Assembly (NCBI GenBank): GCA_964036045.1
Contig: OZ038379.1
Coordinates: 15,438,001-15,502,000, forward strand
Direction of reading: 5' to 3'
DNA length: 64,000 nucleotides
DNA from: Eutreptiella sp. 'Long Island Sound 2002'
Lineage: Eukaryota; Protista; Euglenida
In this document: positions 11,500 to 23,642 of the stretch, piece after piece
Position numbering within the stretch: the first letter of the stretch is position 1
Layout of the letters: every line of letters starts with the position of its first letter
The notes under the pieces: generated by a model
Database searches by the model: none
Seen by the model: only the letters and a program-made list of their open reading frames with translations
Told to the model about the DNA's origin: nothing
Translations under genes and position numbers: made by a program

Positions 11500-14200
11500 A
11501 TAACCGCCGTAATGCACCACGGCTCACAAGAGCACCACAATGGACCACACCAGATAACCACAGTGGCCACAGTGCCCCACCCCTCCCCTCCCTCGAGAAG
11601 GTGGGATAGAGGTCATTTGTTGCAAAACACGCCAATCATTATTCAAATCGCTGCACCATTGGGTGACCGGCATGGTCAACATGGAACAAAGCATAGCGGC
11701 AACGATCCCAATGAGCCATCCTGTGTAATCAACAACAAATTAGCAAAGCGACCCTTGCCTTTTGTGCCGGCAAATGTGGTATTACAAAAGCAATACACTT
11801 TCTACTGGGAGTGATGGCACACGGCGTAAGCGCTCTGATATGTGTCACGGCTCTGTGCGCTGCGCGCAAAGTGGTGGAAAAGAGTGGCCACATAATAGTC
11901 CCATATTTTCGCAAGCAGCAAAAGTGATGAGCATAGCACCCCAAGAATGAATGAAAGGCAAACTATTGACAAGGACAATCATGTAAAGATGGGCCAAAGC
12001 ATTGCTGTGTAGAACGCAAGAAGGCTGCTACGGGGGACCCCGCTTCAATATCCACTGTGCTATATAGGCAGCCGGGTGTGCAACACAAGACCCTTGACCG
12101 TTTGGATGGTGCATACAAATGCCCAAGGCATGAAGCTATGAAGTCATGCATGCGCTGGTGCATGGATCATGAGGTTGTTTCATATAGGGGCATAAGACAC
12201 GCGAAGTCCAGATGTTAGTAGTGGTGCACACGTCGCACATGGCGGTGCTGCCCTAGGCCTTGTGGAAAGCACGACAATATTGTCGCGAAATTGCACCAGG
12301 GACATTACTTGACCTGAAGATGCACGCAACACAAACTACCCTTGTGGTGATGTGGAGAGGGTTCCCGTCTGTCATGATGTTGCTTTCGCAAGATCAACAA
12401 ACAATATACAATATAAGTCAGTGGATTGTGCACTAAACGATCCACCCATGGGAAAGGCAAATAACCGTGTCCACACTTGGCCTATGGCGAGCAATACTTA
12501 TCCATACACACTGAAAAGGTGATGATTTGAACAAAATTTGCGTGACGATTAACTGAAAAATTGTAATGTGTGGCAATACTAGCCCTTTCCATAGATTTGC
12601 GTTATGGATGGACCGGCACATTTGTGTAGCGCACCACTGACGCTTGGTCTTCAGCCACTCTATGCTCTGTTCTAAATGTTTTACAACCGCTTTTGGATGT
12701 ACATTGTTAAAATGGTCCTTGCAATCCGCCTCTGCAATGTGGCTACAAAACCATCTGTAAAGCCACGCATACCATTCAGCGACATTGTGAATGCTTTGAT
12801 CGGGAATTCCTTGGGTCAACATGCGTAAAAAAACAACAAGAAAACACACAAGCAATAAAGTGCCAATAGTTGCAAGGAATAATGGGCCGGGCGATGGCAC
12901 AAATGGGGCACCAAGTTACAGCACATAGGTGTGGAGATTTGCCTCTCCCAACCAGGTAAAGTAGAGTGCCACGCGAGCATTTGCTAAGACCTGCCACCTC
13001 TGCTATGTTAAAAGGGCAAGCAGGCCCTGAAGCCCATTGGTTTTTCTACCCAATGGTTGAAATTTCTCGGCCAACTCAAATTCTTGCAGTTGGTGCCACA
13101 TCCAATTACGGCCAAAAGCCCCATGGGGCACCAGGGAATTCATCTAGGGAGCGCGGGCTTTCTTTTTTTTGGGGGGGGGTCGATAGAGCCTTGTGGCTAG
13201 ACCCCCCCCCAATAAAAAGGCTCAATTGATGGGCCTCCCAAAATCCTACCGAGGCGGACCCCCGGGCCCCAAGGGTGACCCAGGCCCAAAAATCAGCAAA
13301 AAATGGAAATGGGATTTTTGGAATCAGTGTGCCGAGGGGGTTCAAAAAAGTCATCATTTGCGATGTATTTGGCGAATTTTTTTGGACCATTGTCAATACT
13401 CAAAAACAATTTTGGGGGCCTTCGGCGCCCAAGTTCATGATAACCGATCAATGGTCCTGTCAATTGAGCCCTTTTCCCGAACCCCCCCCCCCCGATTTTG
13501 GGGGGCTCTATCGACACCCCCCCCCCTCCGGAAGTAAAAACCCGGGTCCCCCTACAACTTGAACCACTGGTACTTGGGATACCTGCTGCGCGATATACTG
13601 GGTTCAACATGTGATGTGTTTCGTGAAAAAAATGTGTGGGGCAACAAATCGTGGCATTGTTATGTGATGGGAACATGTACAAGATCCGTTTTTGAGCACC
13701 ATGGCAATAAGACAGAGGGTTTTGACCCGCCTCCCCCATGTCATTGCACTGCTACACATTGGCACCTCTAGGAAGCTAGGGACATGTCATTACAACAAGG
13801 ATATTTTGATTTGATGCCCATCAATCTTGTCTATCAAACTTGTCAATTGGGCTCAAAAGATCATCTTCCCATACATGGTATAGATGCATGCTCTCATGCA
13901 TCGGAGTGTGTGTGAGACAATTCATACAATGAAAATGCGAGATCGCAAGGCTTGACATTCCCATGATGCGCAAGGCACTTTGCGGAGAAGTTGTGTGACA
14001 ATGTGTGCCAAGTAGGGTTTCTTTGGTGCTATGAGATATGGAACACGTACACACACTAGCACAAACAGTGATATTTGTTGCTCACATGCAACATCAGCCT
14101 CTTTGCAAAGCTGCACCCCGTGCACAGTCATGGTCCGGTTTAGCGTGAGACAAATTGCGACGTGAGACAAAATACTTGCACCACTCTATGTGGTACCTTC
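11500..14200 (-). mobile_element. Decayed reverse-transcriptase element, possibly Penelope-like, interrupted by a repeat insertion (~12960-13555)
   Basis: Motifs resemble RT subdomains 1-2 (LYMFPSH...HMLNPVYRAAG, 13.6-13.7 kb), 3 (EADCKDHFNNVHPKAVV, ~12.7 kb) and 5 (LFVDL, ~12.4 kb). Many stops. Confidence 0.4.
12960..13555. repeat. Dispersed repeat with poly-G/C tracts and a ggcgccttcggcgcc-type hairpin
   Basis: Its hairpin (gggccttcggcgcc, ~13416) resembles those at ~995 and ~4328. It splits the RT-like frame. Confidence 0.5.
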
Positions 14201-14904
14201 TTGCATGGCTTTGTATAATCTATAGGGGGCGGAGGTCATTAATGGCCAAATGGCTATACTTACACTCCCATTCACAGTCTACAATAGCCTAGATAGTTTG
14301 CCCAAAAAAAAATAAAAGAGCACAATGCACCATTCTTCCAAATTAGCCCCCCACCCCATCCCTCTCCCACAAGCACTCAATGGTCCGATGGGGTGAAAAA
14401 CACATAAATGGGGTATTTGTCTATTATTGTCCTGAAACCTATGTAGAGAGGTCAAAGGGTTGGGTCAGTGGGCCAAGCATTAGTTCACACACCCATCTCC
14501 CCATACATGCCCCCCGCCTCTAGAGTATGGTGGCACAGAGGGACGAGCTAGCTGGGATTGAGTCTTGTCCAGATGGGTGCCCTCCATCCCTTGCTTGACA
14601 GCCTCACACACCCTTTCCGTACTCCCTTAGCTGCCACGCCCGGCGCCCCCGTAACCTGCTACGGCTTAGCACCCTAACCTCATCCCAGGGAGGGCCGAGG
14701 GACACAGACCCCACCCCCCCACACACTCCCCCAAGGTGGTACCAACCACGCAATGATGCCCCAACAGTGGGGCCCCGAGAGAGACTACAACCCGTCCCTC
14801 CAAGGCTAGATAGTAAAGCAGGCGCTCATGGGGGCGCCGCAGGGGGGATGAGGGGGGGTGTTGGAGCCAAGGGTGGTGGGTGGGGTGTTAGCACGGGCAC
14901 CATA

Positions 14905-14960
14905 GGAGGGACAAGGGGCATCAAGAGGGACAAGGGGCATCAAGAGGGACAAGGATCATT
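14905..14960. repeat. 19-bp tandem repeat (gagggacaaggggcatcaa) x ~2.6
   Basis: Direct inspection. Confidence 0.8.
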
Positions 14961-16026
14961 AGTAGGCATACCAGACCCGAAGGCCCCCGGGAAGAGGGGG
15001 GGGGGGGGCTCCTCCCTTGGACACCCCACCCCGAGGCTAGGCCAACCGGTTGGCCCTGTTGGACTAGCCAGACGGTATTCAGCAAGGCTTGCCCAGACTT
15101 GAGGATGGCGTAGGGCAAGCCAACAAGGGGTCAACAGAAAATTGCAGCTCCAACCACACGGCCCCATCATGCCGAATGCATAGACAAAGGTTGCTCTCCG
15201 CTTGCACAATGTCCACAGGGTCCCGCCCCCGCAACCTTTCATGGGGGGATTGAACCCCAAAAAGTCCCAGCTGTAAGAATAGTGGAAGTTGGTAGCTGCT
15301 ATTTGCGTAGTGGCCCCCCTCCCCCCATTCCTCACACACATGAGGGGCCAGTCCGGTAGTGTGCCCTACGGGCCCCCGGGACTAGCGGGGCAGCAGCGCC
15401 GCACCCGGGATTCATCCCAGGCAGGTCCCGGGGCAGGGAAGCGCTCTGCGCGCCCTGGGACCCCTCCACCTGCCAACGGCGCCCCAGGCCGTGGGAGTGT
15501 GGGACCCAGCTAGTACGGCGGCGCCACCTGTGCCATTTGGCAGTCAAGGAGCGCGGGTCCCCCCCAGTCGTGCCCAGCGCACACCCGTCCCCGTGCGTTT
15601 GCAGTCGTGGGACGGGCAGGCAGTGTGTCCCTGTGACATGGAGGTGGCGAGGCCCTGGCCCAATACTCCCCGGTGGGCTCAGCGTCAGGCTCCCATGGCC
15701 TCCCCACCGGGCCTGGAGCACCAGGCCACACTTACCCCCCACGCGCAAGGCCCCGCCCCCCTGCCCAGCCCACGCACACCGACACGCGCACACGCCCGCA
15801 CACACGCACGTGCCAGCACACACCCAGAGGGCTAGGCCTCAGTGGTAGCGAGGCCGGGCCCTGTCAACGCCGTCCAGCCGGAGCCCTGCCGCCGTAGAAC
15901 TACTCCGCCCCGACGGCCCCCTTGGACGGTTGCACCAACGTCGCCTGCCTCAGCTGCACGGACCATGCTGAGCACCCGAGACTACTATGAACACCACACA
16001 CCATATGCCTCCTCTCCTTCCTGCCC

Positions 16027-16962
16027 TTGACTGCCCACCCCAGCCATGCCCCACTCCTCGTTGCCACAGTCCGTCATCACACCCTTGGATTCGTCTTGCT
16101 GGCCTCCATGCATGTGCACCCCGACCTAGATTACCGGGGGCAGCGTGCCGTCCTCGTCAACCTCACCACCCTCGCCATCTACCTGCGTCCTGCGCTAGAG
16201 CTGATAGGGGGTGACTTCAACATGTCCATCACCGACCCCCGCTGGCCACTCGCCCCAGCGTGTCGCGCCCAGGGGTGTCTCCAACGTTATCGGTCAGCCC
16301 TCCCACCGCACACACCCACGCACTTCACGTCCACTAACGGCCGGCAGAGCGCCACTGCCATCGACCATATCTTTCTCCGGGGGGCACGATCTGTGCCAGG
16401 CGCCGATGTCCTCCCCGCTCCCACCCCCCATTGCCCTGTGCTGGCCACAGTGGAGCCCACGGAGGGCCTGGCCGACGTCCGCTCTTGGCGCCTCATCCGC
16501 TGGCGCAGCGCCGCAGAAGGGGCAGCGCCCCGGCTAGCGGCGCTCCTCGATGTGCTCTGGGGCTGGCTGACTATGCACCACCTCACCCCTAACGCCTTCC
16601 TGCAAGCTCTGTGGTCAGCAGCCCGCCACGTCATACCCCAGCCTCGCCCCATCGATCACGTGCTTCATGACCTCCGCACGCGCAGCCACCCTCGGACGGC
16701 CGAAGACATCGCAGACCTCCAGGCACTCCTCAGCGACACAGCGGCCCGCCACAGGCAAGAACGCCCAGACCAGGTACTCCGCCAGACCACGATCACCTCG
16801 GCCACCACGAGTGCCCCTCCAAGCCCCTCGCCCCGTACAGCCAGATCGAGCCGGATCGCGGCGTCGAGCTCCCCACGGCAACAGCCCGGCTGGCCGAAGT
16901 CACAGAGCAAGCGTCGGCCACGACCCGCCATCGCGGCCACACCATGGATGTCGACTTCCTGA
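16027..16962 (+). pseudogene. LINE ORF fragment: APE endonuclease domain and linker
   Basis: LIGGDFN and TAIDHIFLRG...TPHCPV are APE motifs. A frameshifted N-terminal TVA.NVACL lies at ~15930. Confidence 0.85.
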
Positions 16963-18446
16963 CTTCGGCCTTCGATCCCCTGAAGTGGACCCCCTTCTTC
17001 GACCCCATCCAGCACGTGCCAGCCAACCTGCTGGGCGACATGCTATTCCACGGTGTAGACCAGCGGGATCCCCGGGCCCGGGGCCTCTACAGCGTCCGAT
17101 CTGCGGCCGGCTCTCCCCTCCGGGAAGATGGCGTATGGACCTCGGTCACGAGAGCAGGGTCTCTCTTCGCGGGCCTGGACCAGTGCCCTCAAGCCCTCCT
17201 CCACCACCTCAGCCATGGTGGGGTCCAGGGAGTCCAGCACCACTTACAGCTCGTCGATTCAGGCTGCGACTCCCTGTCCTTGGACTCCGTGATGATGGGG
17301 ATAGACAAGAACAATCCGAACCCCCATCTTTTCAAGTCCCACCGCCCGGTCACCCTCACCTCACCCCTCACCCGCAGAGAATCGCGGTCCGTCCGCGACA
17401 TGCTCGTCCCCTCCCTGGAGATCTCCGGCCACCTCACCCCCGACACCTTCGCCTATCGAGCCGACCACCGGGCAGCCTTCCTCGCCCTCGCCTTCCGTGC
17501 CGCCTTCACCAGCAGCCTCGACCAGCATCGCACAGTGACCGTGACCGATTGGGACTCAGCGGACGCCTTCCTCCGGCAACAGCGCGAAGACTGCACCCCC
17601 CTCCACCGCCTCCCGTGGGACTTTGGGCCCTGGGCCCTGAAGTACTATGGCCGCCTGCGCATCCACCCCCTCACGGACGACGGCTTTGCCCCCCCCTACA
17701 GCACTGAAGAGGGGTGGAATCAGGGGGACAACCCCTCTAGGGACACTTACCAAACCGGCGAACTGGCTGTAGGTGGCTGCCTCCCCCTGTCCGAGAGCCT
17801 CCACGTGCCGCCGGACGCCACCGGCGTACCGATCAACACCCTCTCCTACTCAGACGACCGCCGCCTGCTTCACCCTGATCTGTCCGGCCTCGTTGAGCTC
17901 ACCCGCCTGTGTACCAGGGCCACGGTGGCCAAAGGCGGCTTGGTCCACATGGACAAGCTGCAGTTCTTCGCGTTTAGCGTGCAGAGTGGCACCCTCCGAC
18001 AGCGCACTCAACCAGTCCACTACTATAACACAGTCACCGCATCCTGCGCCCCCGCGGTCGGCGGCATCCCCCTCTCCCACGCGCTCCCACCGACCCCGGA
18101 CTACGCAAGCCTCGCCGAGGAAGTCCGGCGCCAGCGCCTGCGCATCTCGTCCACCCCAACCCACGTCCTCCTGGCGTTACGCACGCTGTGGACTTTCGTC
18201 CTCTCGCAGTTCGACTTCATCGCCTCAGGAGTAGCAATACCTCCCCACCACGTCCGCGACTTAGCGGTCCAGGCACGCCTCTACTACCGCACCGTTCTGG
18301 GCCTCCCCTGCTGGACGTCCCGGGCCCTGCAGTCCCTTCCCATGGTCCAGGGCGGGCCCGGCTGTCCTGACCTCACCCTGCGGGCAGCAGTGCGACTCCT
18401 CCTGACGTACACCCAGGCCTCCTTCTCCCGGAATCTACTGGCCTAG
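16944..18446 (+). pseudogene. LINE ORF fragment: reverse transcriptase
   Basis: KSHRPVTLTS (subdomain 2), FAYR (2a), DWDSADAF (3), GWNQGDNPS (4), LSYSDD (5), GGLVHMDK (6). Premature TAG at 18444-18446. Confidence 0.9.
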
Positions 18447-18573
18447 CGCTCCGCTCAGTATGTGAGCACGGCGCGCGTCCCAGGCAGAGAGGCGGAGCCC
18501 CTGGCGGCCGCCGCCGCAGCCCTCAGCGTGCAGGTCGTGGTCCGACCCAGGCGTTAGCGACCTGCAAGTCCAC

Positions 18574-19275
18574 GTGGATGGCGACCGCGAGGCCTTGATG
18601 GCCCAGCCGGCCCTCCTGCTGGCCACTAACGGGGCGCTCCGGCGGCGAGCCGGTGGTGGAGGCATTGTGTTCTATGCCCCTGGTGCAAGAGTGGTCCTGC
18701 GCGCGTGGTTCGGCTGCCTCGTGTGGGCCTCCCCTAGCTCCATGGAGTGGCTCGCCCGCTTGGACGCACTCGCCTTGCTGGATGGGTGGAAGGGTACTCT
18801 CCTCTCCGCCCTCGATGCCACGTCCGCCCTCTTCCGCTCCTACGCACGCCAGCCCCCCAAGTTCACCCTCCTTGACGCCCTGTGGCGCCACCTCATCCCC
18901 ACACTGCTGCACCTCGAAGCCCACCACGAGCTGTGGCTTCGCGCTCAGCACGATACCTCCGACCGTGACCTTTTGGCCTCCCTCAACAGCATGGCCCACT
19001 CCCTCGCCACCCGGGGAGCCCGCGCAGCCACCCCCTGGACGATTCCCTGCTGCCCCATCTCCACCGGCGCCTGGTACTGTTTCACTGTGGAGCCCTCCTC
19101 CTTGACCCCGATCTCGGCCTCGACGCAGCTTACCAAGCGGCAGCCGGTGCCACCTACTTCACGGCACGCCGCGAGACGTGTCTCCGCCCCGACAGAACCG
19201 ACTTCCTGGCGCTGCTGGAGAGCGATCAGCTGCCGACAGTGGCGGTCAAGCGCGCCTTCGCTTACCGCATCCTAG
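18574..19275 (+). pseudogene. LINE ORF fragment: RNase H domain
   Basis: LLATNGA (TDG with D->N), SSMEWLA (E), SALDATSA (D), WLRAQHD, SLNSMAHSLATRG (NxxAD with D->H). Confidence 0.75.
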
Positions 19276-20147
19276 AGTGGCAGCCACCGCCTGCCCTTGA
19301 CATCCCCATGGAGTGCCACTTCTGCGTGTTCACCCACCCCCAGCTGGCCCGCCACGTGCGCAGTCGCTACATGCCAGCATACCGGCGCCTCCTGTGGGCC
19401 CAGGCCATCGTCCTGCAGCCAATCCCTGCCACCCAGGGTAGGTATGTATGCCCTGACGGCACCCTGTACTCGTCAGCCGGACGCCCCCTCTTGCGGTGCA
19501 CGTGGGACGGCCTCTTCCTGGACACCGACGTCCTGCCCGACACCGTCACCCTGTCTGGCCTCTGGTACCCTGCCAACGGCACAGGCACTTCCCCACTGCT
19601 GCCCGTGAAGCGCCGCGCCGTCGTCCAACGCGTAGTCCAAGCCCTAGGGGCCGCGGTGCCAGACCTGCCGACCATCCTCAACGAATGGGCTACCCTGCAG
19701 CCCCACCTTCGACCCCCGCCGTGCACTCCGCCGCAGCCCCTCCCAGTGTCAGCGGACCGCTCTGGGGATAATCTAAATTGGGAATATTCTATACTTATGG
19801 CCTTACTGGTGCGCGGGCTGGTCAAGTGGCGCGTGCGCTGCTCGGGCCCCCTCCAGGTGGCCCTGCCCGTCGAACCAGATTGGCACCCGGCAGAAGCCAC
19901 TACCCTGGTGGCGGCACCGCCCGCGCGCCTGCCCTGGACACTGGCTCAGCTGGCAGACCTGTCCGCCCTGCGCTCCTCCGGGGGCTATGCCCTCCTCACA
20001 GGTGAATCACCTGGGAGCGCGGCGCTGGCTAGAGCCTATGCAGCCACACCCGATCCGGGGCTTGTGGCTCTACGTCAGCCCTGGGGTACCGCACGCTTGG
20101 CCCTTGCGCGGCGAGCTGCCGCCCACAGCATGAACTCTTGCCAGTAA
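19239..20147 (+). pseudogene. LINE ORF fragment: C-terminal region of unknown fold
   Basis: 302-aa GC3-rich ORF overlapping the RNase H fragment. No clear CCHC knuckle. Confidence 0.6.
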
Positions 20148-21699
20148 ACTTAGAGGCATCCCCCGCGTTGTGCCTGCTATGTGTGTGCCGCTTGACTTCC
20201 TGCCTGGTAGGACACCAGATGACCCCCCCCGAGAACCCCCCCCCCCCCCGGAACACCCCACCCCGAGAGAAACGGACGGGGAAGGGGGGCAACGTGAGAC
20301 CGAAGACCCAGAGCCCCGGCGCCCACGGCATGTGGGCTAGGCGCGGCCAGTCCGTGTGACCCGAAATGCGCTACCAGCAGCCAGGGCGCCGTGCCCCGCA
20401 CGCTCTGCACCCGGCGGCCCAGCCCACGCCCAGCCCGCGCGCGCGCCTACACACGAGACGACGGTATCTTCCGCCCACCAGCGCTTCGGTGGGGTCTGGT
20501 GGCTGTCGATAGTCCGCTCGGCCTTGGAAGCGGACAATCAGGTTGTTCAGCCTCGTGGTGGGGCAGGGAAGGACGCCCACACCCGAGGGCCTGCTCCTGC
20601 ATCAGGCCGCCAGCACAACCCAACCAACCCCCATTCCTCACCGCCCCAAGGGGAACAGCTTATGGGGCGGATAGACCAATGCCTCCTCCAGCCCCGCACC
20701 CATGAGAACCCGGTTGGCAGGTATGGTGGAGCCAAGGTCAAAGGGTTTGAACAGAAAGGCTAGATTTTTGCCAGCGCGTCGGCGGCTGACACAACGACCA
20801 CCTTGGAGGCCTCCGGCAGCCCCCATAGACCCAAGGGGTCCTGATGTAGCGATGCCCAATCCACGGTGGCCACCGGTGTTCCTCCCCACTTGCAGGGTGT
20901 CAATGGTGGCAGACCATGGGTGGCACCTCCACTAGTGCACTAATGACCGTTGTCAATGCCACGAACACCATTGCCACCGCCGCAGTGCCCACTGCTACGC
21001 ACAATTCCTGCGCTTCGACGGCCGTCGTAGCCGTCACGCTTGGGGCCGTGTCCTCATCGAGGGGTTAAGCCGCACCGCACCACCAGTCCGCAGTGCGCCA
21101 TAGGTGCCATATGGTCTCCACATGCCCGGGTAGAGGCACTCCTCACGCAACCCCAAGCACAAGGAGGATAGTCCATCACAGCCGCATTGTTACCCATTGC
21201 ATCATGCATAGTCAGTGCACTGGGCCACATCCAGAATACCCACCAACTCCGCCCACTGTGGCAATGCGGCAGCCAACAAAGGCGGGCATGAGCGAGTGTC
21301 CGCAGAGCCCAGCAGGTCCATCTAGGTCCATCTGGTGGGGAGGTTGATGGCCTCTATCCTCACTTGCCGTTGCTGATGGGAGCTCCCCAACAGGGTGCCG
21401 TAGGAGGGGAAATGCTGGCCCACACTCCATGTCCGCCACGGTAACCTCCGGCAGCCTACCGGCAATACAGCCCACCAACAGTGCTAGACTAGCGACCAGC
21501 AAGCACACCTGGCACATGTGTGCCCTCTATCAAGGCAGTCGGTGGCAGCGAGCCACTTCCTTGCCCACATTGGTGGTGCCACGCGCAACCCCAGGCCTCG
21601 CTGCAAGGGGCACCCTCGTAGGTGAGGCTAGTGCCGACCACGTCTTTACGTCTGCGAGGTTGATGTCAGCACCCACCGTGGCGGACCATGCAGTGCATG

Positions 21700-22797
21700 C
21701 AACCCCCCCCCAAATCGGCGAAGAAATCCCAACAAATCGGCGAACAAATCGGCGGACCGATTTTTCGGCAAAACAGGCTCCCAGTGCCCTGGATCTCAGT
21801 CCCAGACCCCTAACACACCTTCCTTATGGTTGCTCAATAGTTGCATTCATGTGGAAAGGTAAAATATCTCTCAAATTTCAAAAAAAAAATTTCGTCTCTC
21901 GGCCTCTACATGGTCCCTCCGCAGTAGTCTAGCATTGCACAGTGGTGGTCCAGTGGTATATGCCTAGCCACACACTTTTGCTGGCGTAGGTTCAATTCCC
22001 ACTGTTTACGGACCGGAATTTTTTGCATTTTTTTTTGCTTGTCTTCCTAAGCAAATTGGTCCTCCATGCACAAACAAAGCCTTCTGGAGGAAGATAAATG
22101 CACACAGGCTTCCCATTTGCATCCCATTGTGTGCTGGGTGGGTGTGCAGCACTGATTTGCAAGCATCTCTGGGTCTGTACACGGTCCCTGAGCAGATGTA
22201 TAGCAGTACAAGGCAGTGGTCCAGTGGTGTGCACTATGCACCCCTGGTTCACAGGCGTGGATTTAAACCCCACTGTTTACTGACCGGATTTTTTTTGCAT
22301 TTTTTTGCACTTGTCTTCCCGAGAAAATTGGTTTTCCATGCACAAACAGAAGAAGAGGAATTCACACAGGCTTCCCATTTGCACTGGGGCGTGCAGAGCA
22401 AACACATAAGTTGCAAACTGCCCCCTGAGCAGCATCAGGGTACTTGTCCCGCAGAAAAGTTTGATCACTGGGGGACAATGAATCCCAGGGGACCAGAGAT
22501 GTGTCTTTCTCTGGGCAGTAAAAACACTTCATGGTGCCAATCTGAAGAACCAATGTAGAAAGAAAAGTATTATCCAGTGTCCCAAAGTAAATGATGCACA
22601 TCTTAGGTTGACACGTCCAAATCAGGTGTCCTATAATCCCAGAAGCCTCAACAAGTCGGCACAACAAATGGGCAAAATCACAGAAACCCAAAGAATCGGC
22701 AAAACAAATCGGCGAAATTCAGAAAGCCAACAAATCGGCGGAACAAATCGGCGAGGTCGGCCGAATTTGGCCGCCGATTTGGGGGGGGGGGGGGTTG
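21700..22797. mobile_element. Non-autonomous TIR element (~1.1 kb) with a 6-bp target-site duplication, TGCATG
   Basis: Left end CAAC(C)nAAATCGGCG and right end CGCCGATTT(G)nTTG. TGCATG at 21694-21699 and 22798-22803. Subterminal aaatcggcg repeats. Confidence 0.8.
21935..22450 (+). repeat. Tandem dimer (~270-bp period) with tRNA-like (SINE-like) heads
   Basis: A-box-like TGGTCCAGTGGT in both units. B-box GGTTCAATTCCC at 21989-22000, and GGATTTAAACCCC in unit 2. Both are followed by actgtttac..gaccgg and T-rich runs. Confidence 0.65.
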
Positions 22798-23642
22798 TGC
22801 ATGGCACTGGGCCCATGGTTGGCAAGCAGCAACCATGCGAGCGCCCCATAGGAGGCTCCCACCCTGACATACATGGTTCTGGTATCAGCAAGAACAGTGA
22901 TACCATGTGTATGTTTCACAACAAATCACCTGGAAAAAATATACATGGGGTGTGATACATGCTTGCCATGTGGTTTTGGATCATTGTGGGTGGCCACAGT
23001 GTTAAAAAAAAAAAACTGAATCTGGAATTTTCGATTTTGCAACTGTTTTTAGCCCTAAAGACTCCTCCAGCAGGTGCCCCAGCCCTTGCCCATGAAACGC
23101 CCCATTTCACCCATCCAGTGGCCAGAAGGTGTTAAAAATGATTGAGAGCATTTTTTCTGGCATAAGGTGTGATCACCCCCAAGGGCATTGTTCTGTCCGA
23201 CACCCTGGGGGGGGGGGGTTCGTCCCTGGAAAGCATCATGGGGATGGGGGTAACACGTGGCCCCTTCTTGAGGTTCCCCAAGGTTACCATGATTTCAAGC
23301 ACATAGGGGGCATCTTCATGGTTTATGGGGGCCTCACCCCACTCCCAGGGTCCACCACGCTTTGATCACTGCGCCTGCGCACCTGTCCAGTGCCCGATTA
23401 CTTTCAAAATTGCTACTACTCCATTTAATTGGACTCGAAGGGGCCCACAGGAAAAGGATAGTACAATCGGGGGCTGATCATCAATTGTCGGCAGTTGGCA
23501 GTTACACATCGGCTGTTGAGGGTCAACGGCCAGCAGTTGGTGCTCTCCTTAACAACAAACACCACCGAAGTCGTCCCTTAAGCAACGCCCTGGGAGGCAC
23601 AGGTACGGCAGTGGCACGGCGGCTGTGCACAGAGGTGTGCAC

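Larger units (their letters stand above)
15340..20200 (+). mobile_element. Non-LTR retrotransposon (APE endonuclease - RT - RNase H), young but frameshifted. Ends approximate.
   Basis: GC-rich block carrying collinear APE, RT and RNase H motifs across four ORF fragments. Confidence 0.88.

Noticed and set aside
15630-15665. 2A-like (DxExNPGP) peptide upstream of the LINE endonuclease
   Set aside because: DMEV and PGP are in different frames and the Asn is absent. It needs a 4-nt indel, so it is unsupported from one copy.
16665-18999. Minus-strand and alternative-frame ORFs across the LINE
   Set aside because: These are by-products of high GC content. The motif-bearing frames are on the plus strand.
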